The notes: a model not told the origin generated them from the letters alone. Positions 27,638 through 37,322 are shown, counted from the stretch's first letter. The stretch is DNA of 64,000 nt from Fibrobacteria bacterium (GCA_050294405.1 JBNKOC010000016.1:288001-352000); one strand, 5' to 3'. Program-made: numbers and translations.

Positions 27638-29629
27638 ATGATATTAAGTACCCCAAATACTTCCGGTAATTCGGCGGCGTCCATACGAAATGGAAAAGTT
27701 CCGCGAGTTGTAATCATTGGAAATGGCATGGTATGTATGCATTTCTTACGAAAATGCATTCAATACAACTTGAATAAGGAATTCAAATTATTGGTTATAG
27801 GCGAGGAAGTCCAACCTGCCTATGATAGAATACATTTGACTGATTTATTCCAGCTAAAAGATGAAAAGGAACTATGGCTTGAAGATTTCGACTGGTATGC
27901 CACCCATCAAATCGCTCTTGTAACTCGTGAACAGGTTGTCCACATAAATAAAGATAAAAACATAATCGGAACCAGTTCAGGAAGGGAAATCGAATACAAT
28001 TATTTGATATTTGCTACAGGCGCCTATCCATTTGTCCCTCCTGTTCGGGGAAAAAAACACGAAGGCGTATTTACATATCGCAACATTTCAGATTTAATTT
28101 CCATAAAAAATTATTCGCAAAATTGTTCTAAAATTATGGTTATAGGTGGCGGGTTTTTGGGAATAGAAATAGCCAAAACTATGTTAGATCTGGGAAAAGA
28201 TGTTACCATAGTTTGTAATGCGAATAATTTAATGGCAAGGCAACTGAGTGACGAACCGGCGGAAATCTTAAAAAATTTAATATTAGCCGAAGGCGTCCAT
28301 ATTCTGTTTAAAAAAAGAATAACCCATATCAGAAGAAACGGCTCCTTAGTGGCAAAATTTTCAGATGGTTCAACTCTTCCTTCCGATGTTATTATTTTCA
28401 CCGCTGGTATTCGCCCCAGGGATGAGCTTGCAAAATTAGCCGCCTTGGATTGCCATATTGAAGGAGGGATAAAGGTAAATGACAATCTAGAAACTTCTTC
28501 TTCAAACATATTTGCCATGGGAGATTGTGTGGTGCACAATAATACTCGCTATGGTTTGGCAAGCCCTGGCTATCAAATGGCAGATGTTATTATTTCTCAA
28601 TTGAGAGGAAAAAAAGCTAAATTCCAGGGCGCGGATCAATCCACTACATTAAAATTTTTTGGGATTGAACTGGCTATGTATGGAGATTTTTTATCGGACT
28701 CCACCCACCTTATTTGGAAAACAGAAACCCAGTACCGGCGCCTGGTTACCGAAAAAGGGAAACTGATTGGTGTTCTTTCCATTGGTCCCTGGAAAGAGCT
28801 GGGAGAAATCCAGGCCTATATCAACACAAAAACGACTCTTAAACCAAAGGAGATTAAAAATTTTCAAAGTATGGGGAGCTTACAACTGGGAAAAGACAAG
28901 TCAGTCCAAAATTGGGCTGCAAACGCAGTTGTATGTAGTTGCCGCGGAGTCACTAAAGGAGAAATTTGCAGCTTAATTGAGAAAGGCGTTTGTGATTTTA
29001 AAGATATCTCTTCCCAAACAAGCGCATCCACTGTTTGCGGAACCTGCAAACCTTTAATAGAGGAGCTAATAGACCCATCCTCAACAGCGGTTCCGGAAAA
29101 AGCTTCCTGGAAGCTCCTGGCTTTTTTGTCCGGGTTCAGCCTTGTTTTTTCAATTCTTTATTTTCTATTGCCTGAACTGCCGTTTTCTGAATCTGTCCAA
29201 ACCGAACTGTTTAAACTGGAGGCATATTGGAAAGAGACTGAGTGGAAGCAAATCAGCGGGTTTAGCCTTTTGGGAACAATCCTTGTAAGCCTGTTTATGT
29301 CTCTCAGAAAAAGACTACAGTGGTTTAAAAAATTCAAATTCCAAATATTGCGGGCTATTCACGCCTTGCTTGCTCTCATAGCTATTGCAGTGTTTGCTTT
29401 GCATAGCGGGCTTAGATTTGGCACGGGGTTAAATATGTTTTTGAATGTATTGTTTGTTTTGTCCTGTGTAGCCGGAGCTTTTTCGGGTTTGTCGGTGGCA
29501 TTTGAAAGCTATAAAACAAGTCCATTCAGTAAAAGTTTGAAAGGTTCCGTCGTCCTCGTTCATATTTTGGGCACCTGGATGTTTCCTGCTATGTTAGTGT
29601 TTCACATTTTAACCTCTTATTATTATTGA
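27638..29629 (+). CDS. NirB/NasB-like FAD/NAD(P)H oxidoreductase with BFD-like [2Fe-2S] domain, fused to a 4-TM His-containing membrane domain
   Basis: IIGNGM, YDRIHL, ATGA, GGGFLGIE, GIRPRDELA, AMGDC; CSC...CGTC; hydrophobic C-terminus with four His; no siroheme domain. Confidence 0.85.
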   Translation: MILSTPNTSGNSAASIRNGKVPRVVIIGNGMVCMHFLRKCIQYNLNKEFKLLVIGEEVQPAYDRIHLTDLFQLKDEKELWLEDFDWYATHQIALVTREQVVHINKDKNIIGTSSGREIEYNYLIFATGAYPFVPPVRGKKHEGVFTYRNISDLISIKNYSQNCSKIMVIGGGFLGIEIAKTMLDLGKDVTIVCNANNLMARQLSDEPAEILKNLILAEGVHILFKKRITHIRRNGSLVAKFSDGSTLPSDVIIFTAGIRPRDELAKLAALDCHIEGGIKVNDNLETSSSNIFAMGDCVVHNNTRYGLASPGYQMADVIISQLRGKKAKFQGADQSTTLKFFGIELAMYGDFLSDSTHLIWKTETQYRRLVTEKGKLIGVLSIGPWKELGEIQAYINTKTTLKPKEIKNFQSMGSLQLGKDKSVQNWAANAVVCSCRGVTKGEICSLIEKGVCDFKDISSQTSASTVCGTCKPLIEELIDPSSTAVPEKASWKLLAFLSGFSLVFSILYFLLPELPFSESVQTELFKLEAYWKETEWKQISGFSLLGTILVSLFMSLRKRLQWFKKFKFQILRAIHALLALIAIAVFALHSGLRFGTGLNMFLNVLFVLSCVAGAFSGLSVAFESYKTSPFSKSLKGSVVLVHILGTWMFPAMLVFHILTSYYY

Positions 29630-31002
29630 TGCCTTCTTCCATATTTTATTTGGCCTTTGGACTGCTTTCTGTCTTAACGATTGTGGCGTTGGGTTATGGT
29701 TTATTTTCTGAAAATAAGTTGAGCGAACTTTATTTGCCTGGAGAGACAAGTTCCGGGCATTATCAAATAGAAATGAAGTGCTCTGAATGCCACGACCCAT
29801 GGAAAGGAGTAACTCAGGAAGCCTGTTTAAAATGCCATGAGGAGGAGTTGACTCGGGTCAAAGACACTCATCCTCAAAAAAAATTCAGAGACCCCCGCAA
29901 TGCCAATAAACTGGAACAAATCAATGTGATGCTTTGTACGACTTGCCACAAAGAACACAGGCCCAGAGAGACAAGGGAAATGGGAGTTACGCTTCCACTT
30001 GATTATTGCGCTTATTGCCACCAGGATATTGCTGAAGAAAGACCCACACATCAAAATCTGGAGTTTAATTCTTGCCAAACCTCGGGTTGCCATAATTACC
30101 ACGATAACCAGGGCACTTATACCGCCTTCCTGGAAAAACACACGGAAGATCCCTGGCTTTTTGAAAATAGAATTCGCCCTGTAAGGGACAGTGTGGAAAG
30201 TCCTCAGGCTACTAAAAACATGGAAGAGCTTGTCAGTGTTCCTGGCGATATAAGATATGCGGATAGCATTTTATTGGACTACAAAGCAGATATTCACTTT
30301 CTAAATGATGTTAGTTGCAAAGATTGCCACCTTAATGCTATTGATAGCAAGGGAAAAAATACAGCAGCGTGGAACAATTCTCCTGTATTTGAATCCTGCA
30401 AAAATTGTCATGAAATTGAAGCCAAGGGCTTTTTAGAAGGCCGTCATGGAATGCGGCTGGCTCAGGGTTTAGCTGCCATGAAGGTTTCTGATGCCCGGAT
30501 TCCAATGCAAGAAAGCGCAGCCCACAGGCAAATGGATTGTAGCGCCTGCCACCAGGCCCATGATTTTAATACAAAAAGGGCCGCCGTGGAATCATGTATG
30601 GAATGCCATGCCAGCAATCATGTGAAAAACTATACCCAAAGTAAACATTACACTCTATGGCAAAAAGAACTTGCCGGAGAGGCCCCGGCGGGCAGCGGCG
30701 TGTCCTGTGCCAGCTGCCACATGCCTAGAATAGAAACTGAGGATTCCACCCGCTATTGGGTAGACCACAATCAAAATAACAACCTAAGGCCAAATGAAAA
30801 AATGATTCGCACAAGTTGCTTAAATTGCCACGGGCTTCCCTTTAGCCTGCAAGCTTTAGCAGATTCTCTTTTAATTGAAAATAATTTTAATAGCCAACCC
30901 AGCCAAACCATAAAGTCTATTGACTGGGTTATAAGTCAGATGGAATCCAAAAACCCAAACCCCCCAAAAAAACAAGGAGAAGCAAATGAAAAGCTCGACT
31001 AA
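29626..31002 (+). CDS. Membrane-anchored multiheme cytochrome c (10 CxxCH plus 1 CX4CH)
   Basis: CSECH, CLKCH, CTTCH, CAYCH, CQTSGCH, CKDCH, CKNCH, CSACH, CMECH, CASCH, CLNCH; N-terminal TM. Confidence 0.9.
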   Translation: MMPSSIFYLAFGLLSVLTIVALGYGLFSENKLSELYLPGETSSGHYQIEMKCSECHDPWKGVTQEACLKCHEEELTRVKDTHPQKKFRDPRNANKLEQINVMLCTTCHKEHRPRETREMGVTLPLDYCAYCHQDIAEERPTHQNLEFNSCQTSGCHNYHDNQGTYTAFLEKHTEDPWLFENRIRPVRDSVESPQATKNMEELVSVPGDIRYADSILLDYKADIHFLNDVSCKDCHLNAIDSKGKNTAAWNNSPVFESCKNCHEIEAKGFLEGRHGMRLAQGLAAMKVSDARIPMQESAAHRQMDCSACHQAHDFNTKRAAVESCMECHASNHVKNYTQSKHYTLWQKELAGEAPAGSGVSCASCHMPRIETEDSTRYWVDHNQNNNLRPNEKMIRTSCLNCHGLPFSLQALADSLLIENNFNSQPSQTIKSIDWVISQMESKNPNPPKKQGEANEKLD

Positions 31003-31585
31003 AAAAATCATTTCCGCCATTGCAGGAGGATATTTGTTACTAACATTGGCGCTGTTTATTTCCGGCTGTGAGAAAGAAAGTGCGGCAAAGGAAGAATCTG
31101 GAATTTCTCCCAAAATAATGGCTGATGCTTTGCATACGGTGATGAAAGCGGACCGAACAGTTTACACTAAAAAAGTAATTCAGCGTCTGACCAAGGTGGA
31201 CAAAGTCATCAAAGCAAGCGAGCATTTTGAGGATGAGAAGGCATTGCCATTGCCTGCGCAAATGTTTCGCATGGGTTCGGAATTGAGTTCTGAATTAGAT
31301 ACTTCATTTAGCTATTCATTACTTTCCGAATGGCCCATCAACAAACAAAACTCCCCTAAAACCGATGTGGAAAAAGAAGGTTTGAAATACATCGCCGCAA
31401 ATCCAGGCGAAAATTTTTATGGAGAAGAAGTATTAGGAGGTAAAAAGTATTACACAGCTGTTTACCCTGATGTTGCTGTTGCTCCTGCCTGCGTGGATTG
31501 TCATAATGAGCACAAAGATACCCCCCGAACAGATTTTAAAATTGGCGAAGTTATGGGAGGAGTGGTAATAAGGATACCCTTATGA
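30986..31585 (+). CDS. Tll0287-like/DUF3365 monoheme c lipoprotein
   Basis: Lipobox ISGC; LPLPAQMFR, PINxxNxP, ACVDCHN, FKIGEVMGGVVIRIP. Confidence 0.85.
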   Translation: MKSSTKKIISAIAGGYLLLTLALFISGCEKESAAKEESGISPKIMADALHTVMKADRTVYTKKVIQRLTKVDKVIKASEHFEDEKALPLPAQMFRMGSELSSELDTSFSYSLLSEWPINKQNSPKTDVEKEGLKYIAANPGENFYGEEVLGGKKYYTAVYPDVAVAPACVDCHNEHKDTPRTDFKIGEVMGGVVIRIPL

Positions 31586-31938
31586 AAATTTTAGTTGCAT
31601 TTTTGATTTCCAAATTAGTCTTAATGGTTTTACTAGGCTGTAAAGAAGAAACTGCCGCTGAAAAAAAAGTGGCAGAAGAAATTTCTCCAGGTGAGCAAAT
31701 TTGGAAAGCAAATTGTAAGGTGTGCCATCTTCAGGGAGTAGGTGGGGCACCGCCTATTGGAAATAAAAAAGCCTGGCAACACCGAGTGGGCCAGCCTTTG
31801 GACACATTGGTTTCGCATGCATTAAATGGTTACAGTAGCAGCCCGGATACTCAAATGCCTGCTCGTGGCGGCAATGAGCAATTATCCGATGAGGATATAA
31901 GGGCGGCCGTCACATATATGGTTAGTAAAAGTAAATAA
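31582..31938 (+). CDS. Cytochrome c5-like lipoprotein
   Basis: Lipobox LLGC; CKVCH; GAP; MPARGG (Met ligand); LSDEDIRAAV. Confidence 0.9.
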   Translation: MKILVAFLISKLVLMVLLGCKEETAAEKKVAEEISPGEQIWKANCKVCHLQGVGGAPPIGNKKAWQHRVGQPLDTLVSHALNGYSSSPDTQMPARGGNEQLSDEDIRAAVTYMVSKSK

Positions 31939-31950
31939 AGGAGATAAAAA

Positions 31951-33261
31951 ATGAACCCGAATCAAATCGAAATTATCCGCTCTAATTGGAAAGAAGTTTC
32001 CAAAATAAGCGAAACTGCTGCACAATTATTTTATCAAAAACTGTTTGAATTAGACCCAGGCTTAAAACCCCTGTTTAAGGGCAACATGGAGGAGCAGGGT
32101 AAAAAACTTATGCAAACTCTGGCTGCGGCCATTGGAGGTCTGGATAATTTTGAAGGCTTAAAACCCATTCTTCTTGATTTGGGAAGCAGGCATATTCACT
32201 ATGGAGTTAAGAAAGAAGATTACGGAACTGTGGGGGAAGCTCTTTTATGGACCCTGGAAAAAGGGTTGGGAGAGGCCTTTACCCCTGAAGCCAAGGAGGC
32301 TTGGACGGATATGTATACAGCCGTGGCTGAAACCATGATCACCACATATTCCAAATCTGATGAACCCATAACACCTGAGCAAAAGGCTCTGGTTCAATCC
32401 ACCTGGAAATCGGTTGTCCCCATTGCAGATACAGCCGCCGATATTTTTTACAATAAACTTTTTGAACTGGATCCCAACTTAAAGCCTTTGTTTAAAGGCG
32501 ATTTAGCGGAGCAAAAGAAAAAACTGATGCAGACTCTTGGAGTGGCGGTTTCCAGTTTGGACCATCTTGACGATCTGATTCCTATTCTTCAGGACTTAGG
32601 AAAACGGCATGTAGCTTATGGAGTTGAGGACAAACATTATGGAACAGTGGGAGAGGCTCTATTGTATACTTTGGAAACAGGTTTGGCAGGAGCTTATACT
32701 CCTGAAGTGGCCAAAGCATGGGAGGCAGTTTACACAGTGGTATCTTCAGTGATGATTGAAGCCGCCTCAGAGGTAAGTGGTGAATCAGAAGGGTTAACCG
32801 AAAAAGATATCGAGTTGGTGCAATCCAGCTGGAACTCAGTGGTTCCCATTAAAGATACAGCTGCAGATTTGTTTTATGACAGGCTTTTTGATATAGCTCC
32901 GGAATTAAAACCGCTCTTTAAGGGAGATATGGCAGAGCAAAAAAATAAATTGATGCAAACATTGGGAGTTATGGTTTCTACATTAAAAGATTTAGATTCC
33001 CTGGTTCCGGTATTAAAAGACCTTGGGGCTAAACATGTGGCCTATGGTGTTGAAGATATCCACTATGGAAAAGTGGGAAAGGCTCTTCTTTGGACTTTAG
33101 AAAAGGGACTTGGAAGTTATTTTACCCCGGAAACCAAAACAGCCTGGACTAAGGTGTACACAGTCGCTTCTTCGGTTATGCAGGAGGGAGCAAAATCTGT
33201 GGATTCGGCGCCTGCGGAAAAAATGGGATTGTTTGGTAAAATCAAAAAAATGTTTGCTTAG
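31951..33261 (+). CDS. Triple-domain globin (three tandem flavohemoglobin/Vgb-type globins)
   Basis: Three ~140-aa repeats, each with FY (B10 Tyr), LFELDP/LFDIAP, PLF (CD1), EQ (E7) and LGxxH (F8 His); RBS aaggag. Confidence 0.93.
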   Translation: MNPNQIEIIRSNWKEVSKISETAAQLFYQKLFELDPGLKPLFKGNMEEQGKKLMQTLAAAIGGLDNFEGLKPILLDLGSRHIHYGVKKEDYGTVGEALLWTLEKGLGEAFTPEAKEAWTDMYTAVAETMITTYSKSDEPITPEQKALVQSTWKSVVPIADTAADIFYNKLFELDPNLKPLFKGDLAEQKKKLMQTLGVAVSSLDHLDDLIPILQDLGKRHVAYGVEDKHYGTVGEALLYTLETGLAGAYTPEVAKAWEAVYTVVSSVMIEAASEVSGESEGLTEKDIELVQSSWNSVVPIKDTAADLFYDRLFDIAPELKPLFKGDMAEQKNKLMQTLGVMVSTLKDLDSLVPVLKDLGAKHVAYGVEDIHYGKVGKALLWTLEKGLGSYFTPETKTAWTKVYTVASSVMQEGAKSVDSAPAEKMGLFGKIKKMFA

Positions 33262-33270
33262 GCTAGGTTT

Positions 33271-33294
33271 CAGGCTGGAGTGTAATCCAGCCTG
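33271..33294. terminator. Hairpin between convergent globin and gpsA genes
   Basis: caggctgga-gtgtaa-tccagcctg, perfect 9-bp stem. Confidence 0.65.
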
Positions 33295-33305
33295 TCTTAC
33301 CGGCT

Positions 33306-34337
33306 TTATTTTGTGATTATTTGTGTTTTGAACTCCACATCTTCCTGATGTTGCAGCTTCATCAATTCTTCCAATACTTCTTTAACGGGCTTTCTTTCAT
33401 ATACGATGGCATACATTCCATCCAATATGGGCATATAACATTTTAGCTCGTCTGCTTTTTGCTTCGTAACTTCAATGGTTCTAATGCCTTCAGCTGTTTG
33501 ACCTAAAATTTCTTTGGCTTGCTCAATATTTTTACCCAGACCCAATTGATAACCAATCTGAAAATTCCTGCTTTGTCTCGAACTGCAGGTGGCGATTAAA
33601 TCTCCCACTCCAGAAAGGCCGATAAAAGTTAATGGGTTCGCTCCAAACATACATGCAAAGCGGCTCATTTCAGCAAGGGCTCTGGACATCATTAAGCTGC
33701 GGGTGTTTTCTCCAAAATGAAGGGCTGTAATCAAACCAGAGCAGATGGCGTAAATATTTTTCAAGGTTCCTCCCAATTCAACACCCTGAACATCTCTGTT
33801 GGCATATACCCTTAAAGAACTTGAAGATAAAGCCATTTGAACTTTTTTAATAACTTCATCAAAGGCACTGGCGATTACCGTTCCGGTGGGAAGCCTATCC
33901 ATCATTTCCCCCGAAAGGTTCGGACCGCTAAGCGCTCCCAATTTCAAGCAGTTGGTTTCGTCCATCAGCACTTCGGTCATGGTTTTAAAACTATGGTGTT
34001 CCAGACCTTTGGTGGTAGATATTAATATCTGACTTGGGTTTGTGTAATCACCTGTTTTGTTCGCCACTTCCCTAAAAATTTTCGATGGGAGGGAATAAAA
34101 AATCAGCTCTTTGCTTTTGATAGCCTCTTCCACGGACGTGGTGGGCTTAATATTGGAGTTTAGCTTGTATCCAGGATAATATTTGGTGTTTTCATGGGTT
34201 TGCATAATTTCATCCACAACATTCTGGTCCCGCATCCAGAGCGTAACGGAATGGTTGTTGCGGCCAATAGCTTCCGCAAGGGCGGTTCCGAAACTTCCTC
34301 CCCCCAAAACAGAAATAGATAACTTTGCATTAGTCAT
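33306..34337 (-). CDS. gpsA: NAD(P)H-dependent glycerol-3-phosphate dehydrogenase
   Basis: GGGSFGTALA, TKGLE, LSGPN, GGTLKN, GVGDLIATC, SRN. Confidence 0.95.
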   Translation of the reverse strand: MTNAKLSISVLGGGSFGTALAEAIGRNNHSVTLWMRDQNVVDEIMQTHENTKYYPGYKLNSNIKPTTSVEEAIKSKELIFYSLPSKIFREVANKTGDYTNPSQILISTTKGLEHHSFKTMTEVLMDETNCLKLGALSGPNLSGEMMDRLPTGTVIASAFDEVIKKVQMALSSSSLRVYANRDVQGVELGGTLKNIYAICSGLITALHFGENTRSLMMSRALAEMSRFACMFGANPLTFIGLSGVGDLIATCSSRQSRNFQIGYQLGLGKNIEQAKEILGQTAEGIRTIEVTKQKADELKCYMPILDGMYAIVYERKPVKEVLEELMKLQHQEDVEFKTQIITK

Positions 34338-35922
34338 AGCTGGGGCTAAATTTCCCGTAACCTTTCAATTTGTTTGAATAGTAATATATGGTTTTCAGGT
34401 TTTTGCTAAACAGTTTATGGTCCTGGCTCCACAAAATTTTATTTCCGTGATAGGAGTTCAGCTGTTTTTTCGCACTTAAATATAAGTCTGAAGCTGGTTT
34501 TATTTGGCATTCCTTGTCCAATATTATTTCGCCCTGCTGGTGCATTTCCAGAAGCTTGGCTTTAAGTATTTCCATATGATGTATAAGTTCTGTATAGGGA
34601 ATTCCCACCTGCTCCTGCCTTAAAACCCTGTATCTATCCCACTGGGAGTTTTTAATTCGGCAAACATTCCAAAACGCCCTTCCCAATATGTTTGTGGATA
34701 ATATAACATTGCCTCTTTCAAATTCCCTTAGAATTTTTTTGCCCAAAATTTGGGTGTATTGCATATCTCTTTGGGTATCCTGGGTTATTTTTCCATCACA
34801 ATAAAAATATTTGGCGATGTCTATTTCTCTTTTCCCATTATCATAAGACTTCCCGTTTTTTTCTACTTTGTTTCCAAATAAATCCAATGGCTGCCCAAAA
34901 TGAATATGAACTTTGGAATGCAATGAACCTACTTTTTTCATAAATCGCAAAACTTTAAAATGTTTGCTGGAGTCATCATCCACAATGATGTATCTGCTTT
35001 TTCCAGTCTCCTTTAAGTAGTCTTCGATTAAAGTTTCGGCTTCAAGGCCCAATCCATAGTTTACGGTAAGGGGAATGATATAAATATTAGGATTGGTTTT
35101 TCCATTAATAAGGTTGTTGCAATAAGCCCCATGACCAGTGCCCAACAGTCCCAATTTTAATTTTCTTTCAATGGCGCCACTGCGGCTGCGGGTCCCTCCA
35201 GGGAAAAATAAATTGTGGTAGCCCATTTCCAGGGAAAGTCCGGTGTAATTTTTTAAAGTGGCCTTGTAAAGTTCATTGGTCTTTTTTCTGTCCACCTTAT
35301 AAGCGCCCAGGTTGTTCATCATAAAGCTTATGGCAGGATTTGAAAATAAATTTAATCCAGCCCCATATATAACAGGGGGCACAGATATTTGGAACAAACT
35401 GTAGCCCAGGGCAATACTATCAAAGTTTGAATGATGGGTAGGAGTATATATAAGTGTTCCCATTTTAGCCAAAGATTGGACCTCTTCGACCTTGCCGCTG
35501 ATTTCTAAAAACTTCCCAAAAGCTTGATCCCGGGTATTTTCAAAATAATTCAGAGGCGAAAGCTTGTTGAATACACTGCGAATTCCAAGGGGAAGGATTT
35601 TGGATACCAGGTTTTGCAACCGGGGATCGTACCCTCCGATAATTTCCTGGGCATAGCGGGAGATAATATTCTTAAGTAAATTTTCTTGTTCCTGCCGGGG
35701 AATTTTTGTGAATTTGTTGGAAATTTGCCGCCAGAAAATTCTCTCTTCAAGAATTTTTTTTGAAGGAGCTTCTCTTTTTAGCCGTTGCTTCTCATGAAAC
35801 AATGTGTCATTGATAACATGTTCAGCGGAAAAAAAACTGTTAAGCTGAAATTTATTTTGATATTGGGCAAGGCTGCGGTTTACCAACTCTTGAAAGGCGA
35901 ATTCCCTGTCCTGTTTTTTCAT
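34330..35922 (-). CDS. Glycerol-3-phosphate acyltransferase (PlsB-like)
   Basis: HHSNFD (HX4D), GAGLNL, FFPGGTRSRSG, KLGLL; overlaps gpsA. Confidence 0.85.
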   Translation of the reverse strand: MKKQDREFAFQELVNRSLAQYQNKFQLNSFFSAEHVINDTLFHEKQRLKREAPSKKILEERIFWRQISNKFTKIPRQEQENLLKNIISRYAQEIIGGYDPRLQNLVSKILPLGIRSVFNKLSPLNYFENTRDQAFGKFLEISGKVEEVQSLAKMGTLIYTPTHHSNFDSIALGYSLFQISVPPVIYGAGLNLFSNPAISFMMNNLGAYKVDRKKTNELYKATLKNYTGLSLEMGYHNLFFPGGTRSRSGAIERKLKLGLLGTGHGAYCNNLINGKTNPNIYIIPLTVNYGLGLEAETLIEDYLKETGKSRYIIVDDDSSKHFKVLRFMKKVGSLHSKVHIHFGQPLDLFGNKVEKNGKSYDNGKREIDIAKYFYCDGKITQDTQRDMQYTQILGKKILREFERGNVILSTNILGRAFWNVCRIKNSQWDRYRVLRQEQVGIPYTELIHHMEILKAKLLEMHQQGEIILDKECQIKPASDLYLSAKKQLNSYHGNKILWSQDHKLFSKNLKTIYYYSNKLKGYGKFSPSYD

Positions 35923-35957
35923 GCCCTTAAATTAAAAAAATTTAAGGCGGAAATTAT

Positions 35958-37250
35958 TTAACTTTGATTTTCCGCCTGGCTGACCACAAGCTTAACCTTT
36001 TCAATGCTTTGGCCTTCCATTTTTAGAATTTTAAATTCACAACCATTTGTGGAAATTATATCGCCTTCAGAAGGCACAGATCCCCTTAAATATTGGAGAT
36101 AGCCCCCAAGAGTGTCAATGTCAATTTTTTCATCGGGCTTAAGGTTGAGTTCAATTTCTTTATTTACTTCTTCCAAAAGAATGATGGGGTCGATAATATA
36201 TGCGTTTTCTTCCATTTTTATAATTTTTGGCAGCTCCACATCATCCTCATCCTGAATTTCGCCTACAATTTCCTCTAAAATATCTTCCATGGTGATAAGT
36301 CCGGCGGTTCCTCCGTATTCATCTACCACGATGGCTATATGGTTGTGGTCTTTCTTAAATTCCTCCATGAGGTCCTTAATTTTTTTGGAACGGGGAATGA
36401 AATAAGCGGGTCTTATTATGGCTTCCAAGGTAAAGTTTTCTTCTTTTAGTTTTTGATCCAAAAGAAGCAAATCCTTAACATGGAGAATCCCCCTGATATC
36501 ATCGATGTTTTTGTGGTATACGGGGATTCGGGTAAACATATGGGTTCGAATAACGTCTATTACTTCTTCATAATTGGAGTTTAATTCAACAGCTATGGTA
36601 TCTACCCGGGGAGTAAAAATCTCCTTGACCTTCATATTTTCAATATTGAAAATATTTTGAACCATTTCCACTTCTTCATCTTCCAGGCCGCTGGAACCAA
36701 AGCGCGGTTCCACAGTGTCTGATTTTTTTAAATCTTCCTCGGTGACAATCTTAAATTTTCCGTGAAAACCTAAATTCTTAAGCAAAGCGTTATTTAAACC
36801 GGATATGATTTTTCCCGCCCATCCCCATAAAATCCAGTAGGCAGAAAAGAATATATACATGGGCTTTGCCAGTTTTAACGCCATGGCCTGGCCCATGTAT
36901 GGCATAATCTGGTGGGAGAGAGAATAGGAAATTAAAATGGCAAGCAGTAATCCCAAAGCTAAAGAAAGCGGGTAGGGCAGTTTTCCTTCCAGCAACAAAG
37001 ACACCCACAGGGACCCGCTTAAGATCACCAGAGCATCTAATATGTATCGGCTTAAAGAAAGCAATTCAGTGAATCCCTCTTTTTTCCAGAGATCCACACA
37101 GTCACTTAAGATTTTTGATTTTTCAGGATCGTCAATTCTGTCTTGAAATTTTTTAAAAATGCCAAAGCTGTTCCGGATAGCCGCAAGCCAACCACTAAAA
37201 AATATGCCCCAAATAAAAAGCGCAGCGTAGATTATCGAGTCGGTGTCCAC
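35958..37250 (-). CDS. Hemolysin-family CNNM/CBS/CorC protein
   Basis: TM N-terminus; FTRIPVY, AIVVDEYGGTAGLITMEDILEEIVGEIQDE, DTLGG. Confidence 0.9.
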   Translation of the reverse strand: MDTDSIIYAALFIWGIFFSGWLAAIRNSFGIFKKFQDRIDDPEKSKILSDCVDLWKKEGFTELLSLSRYILDALVILSGSLWVSLLLEGKLPYPLSLALGLLLAILISYSLSHQIMPYMGQAMALKLAKPMYIFFSAYWILWGWAGKIISGLNNALLKNLGFHGKFKIVTEEDLKKSDTVEPRFGSSGLEDEEVEMVQNIFNIENMKVKEIFTPRVDTIAVELNSNYEEVIDVIRTHMFTRIPVYHKNIDDIRGILHVKDLLLLDQKLKEENFTLEAIIRPAYFIPRSKKIKDLMEEFKKDHNHIAIVVDEYGGTAGLITMEDILEEIVGEIQDEDDVELPKIIKMEENAYIIDPIILLEEVNKEIELNLKPDEKIDIDTLGGYLQYLRGSVPSEGDIISTNGCEFKILKMEGQSIEKVKLVVSQAENQS

Positions 37251-37322
37251 TCGGGATTACTTCACTTTCCAGGGAGAAAAAGCTGTGTGGAAAAAGGCCA
37301 TTGCTATAAATATATGACTTTT

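Noticed and set aside
27638..31002. Calling these genes nirB and nrfA
   Set aside because: No siroheme domain in the first and no CxxCK motif in the second
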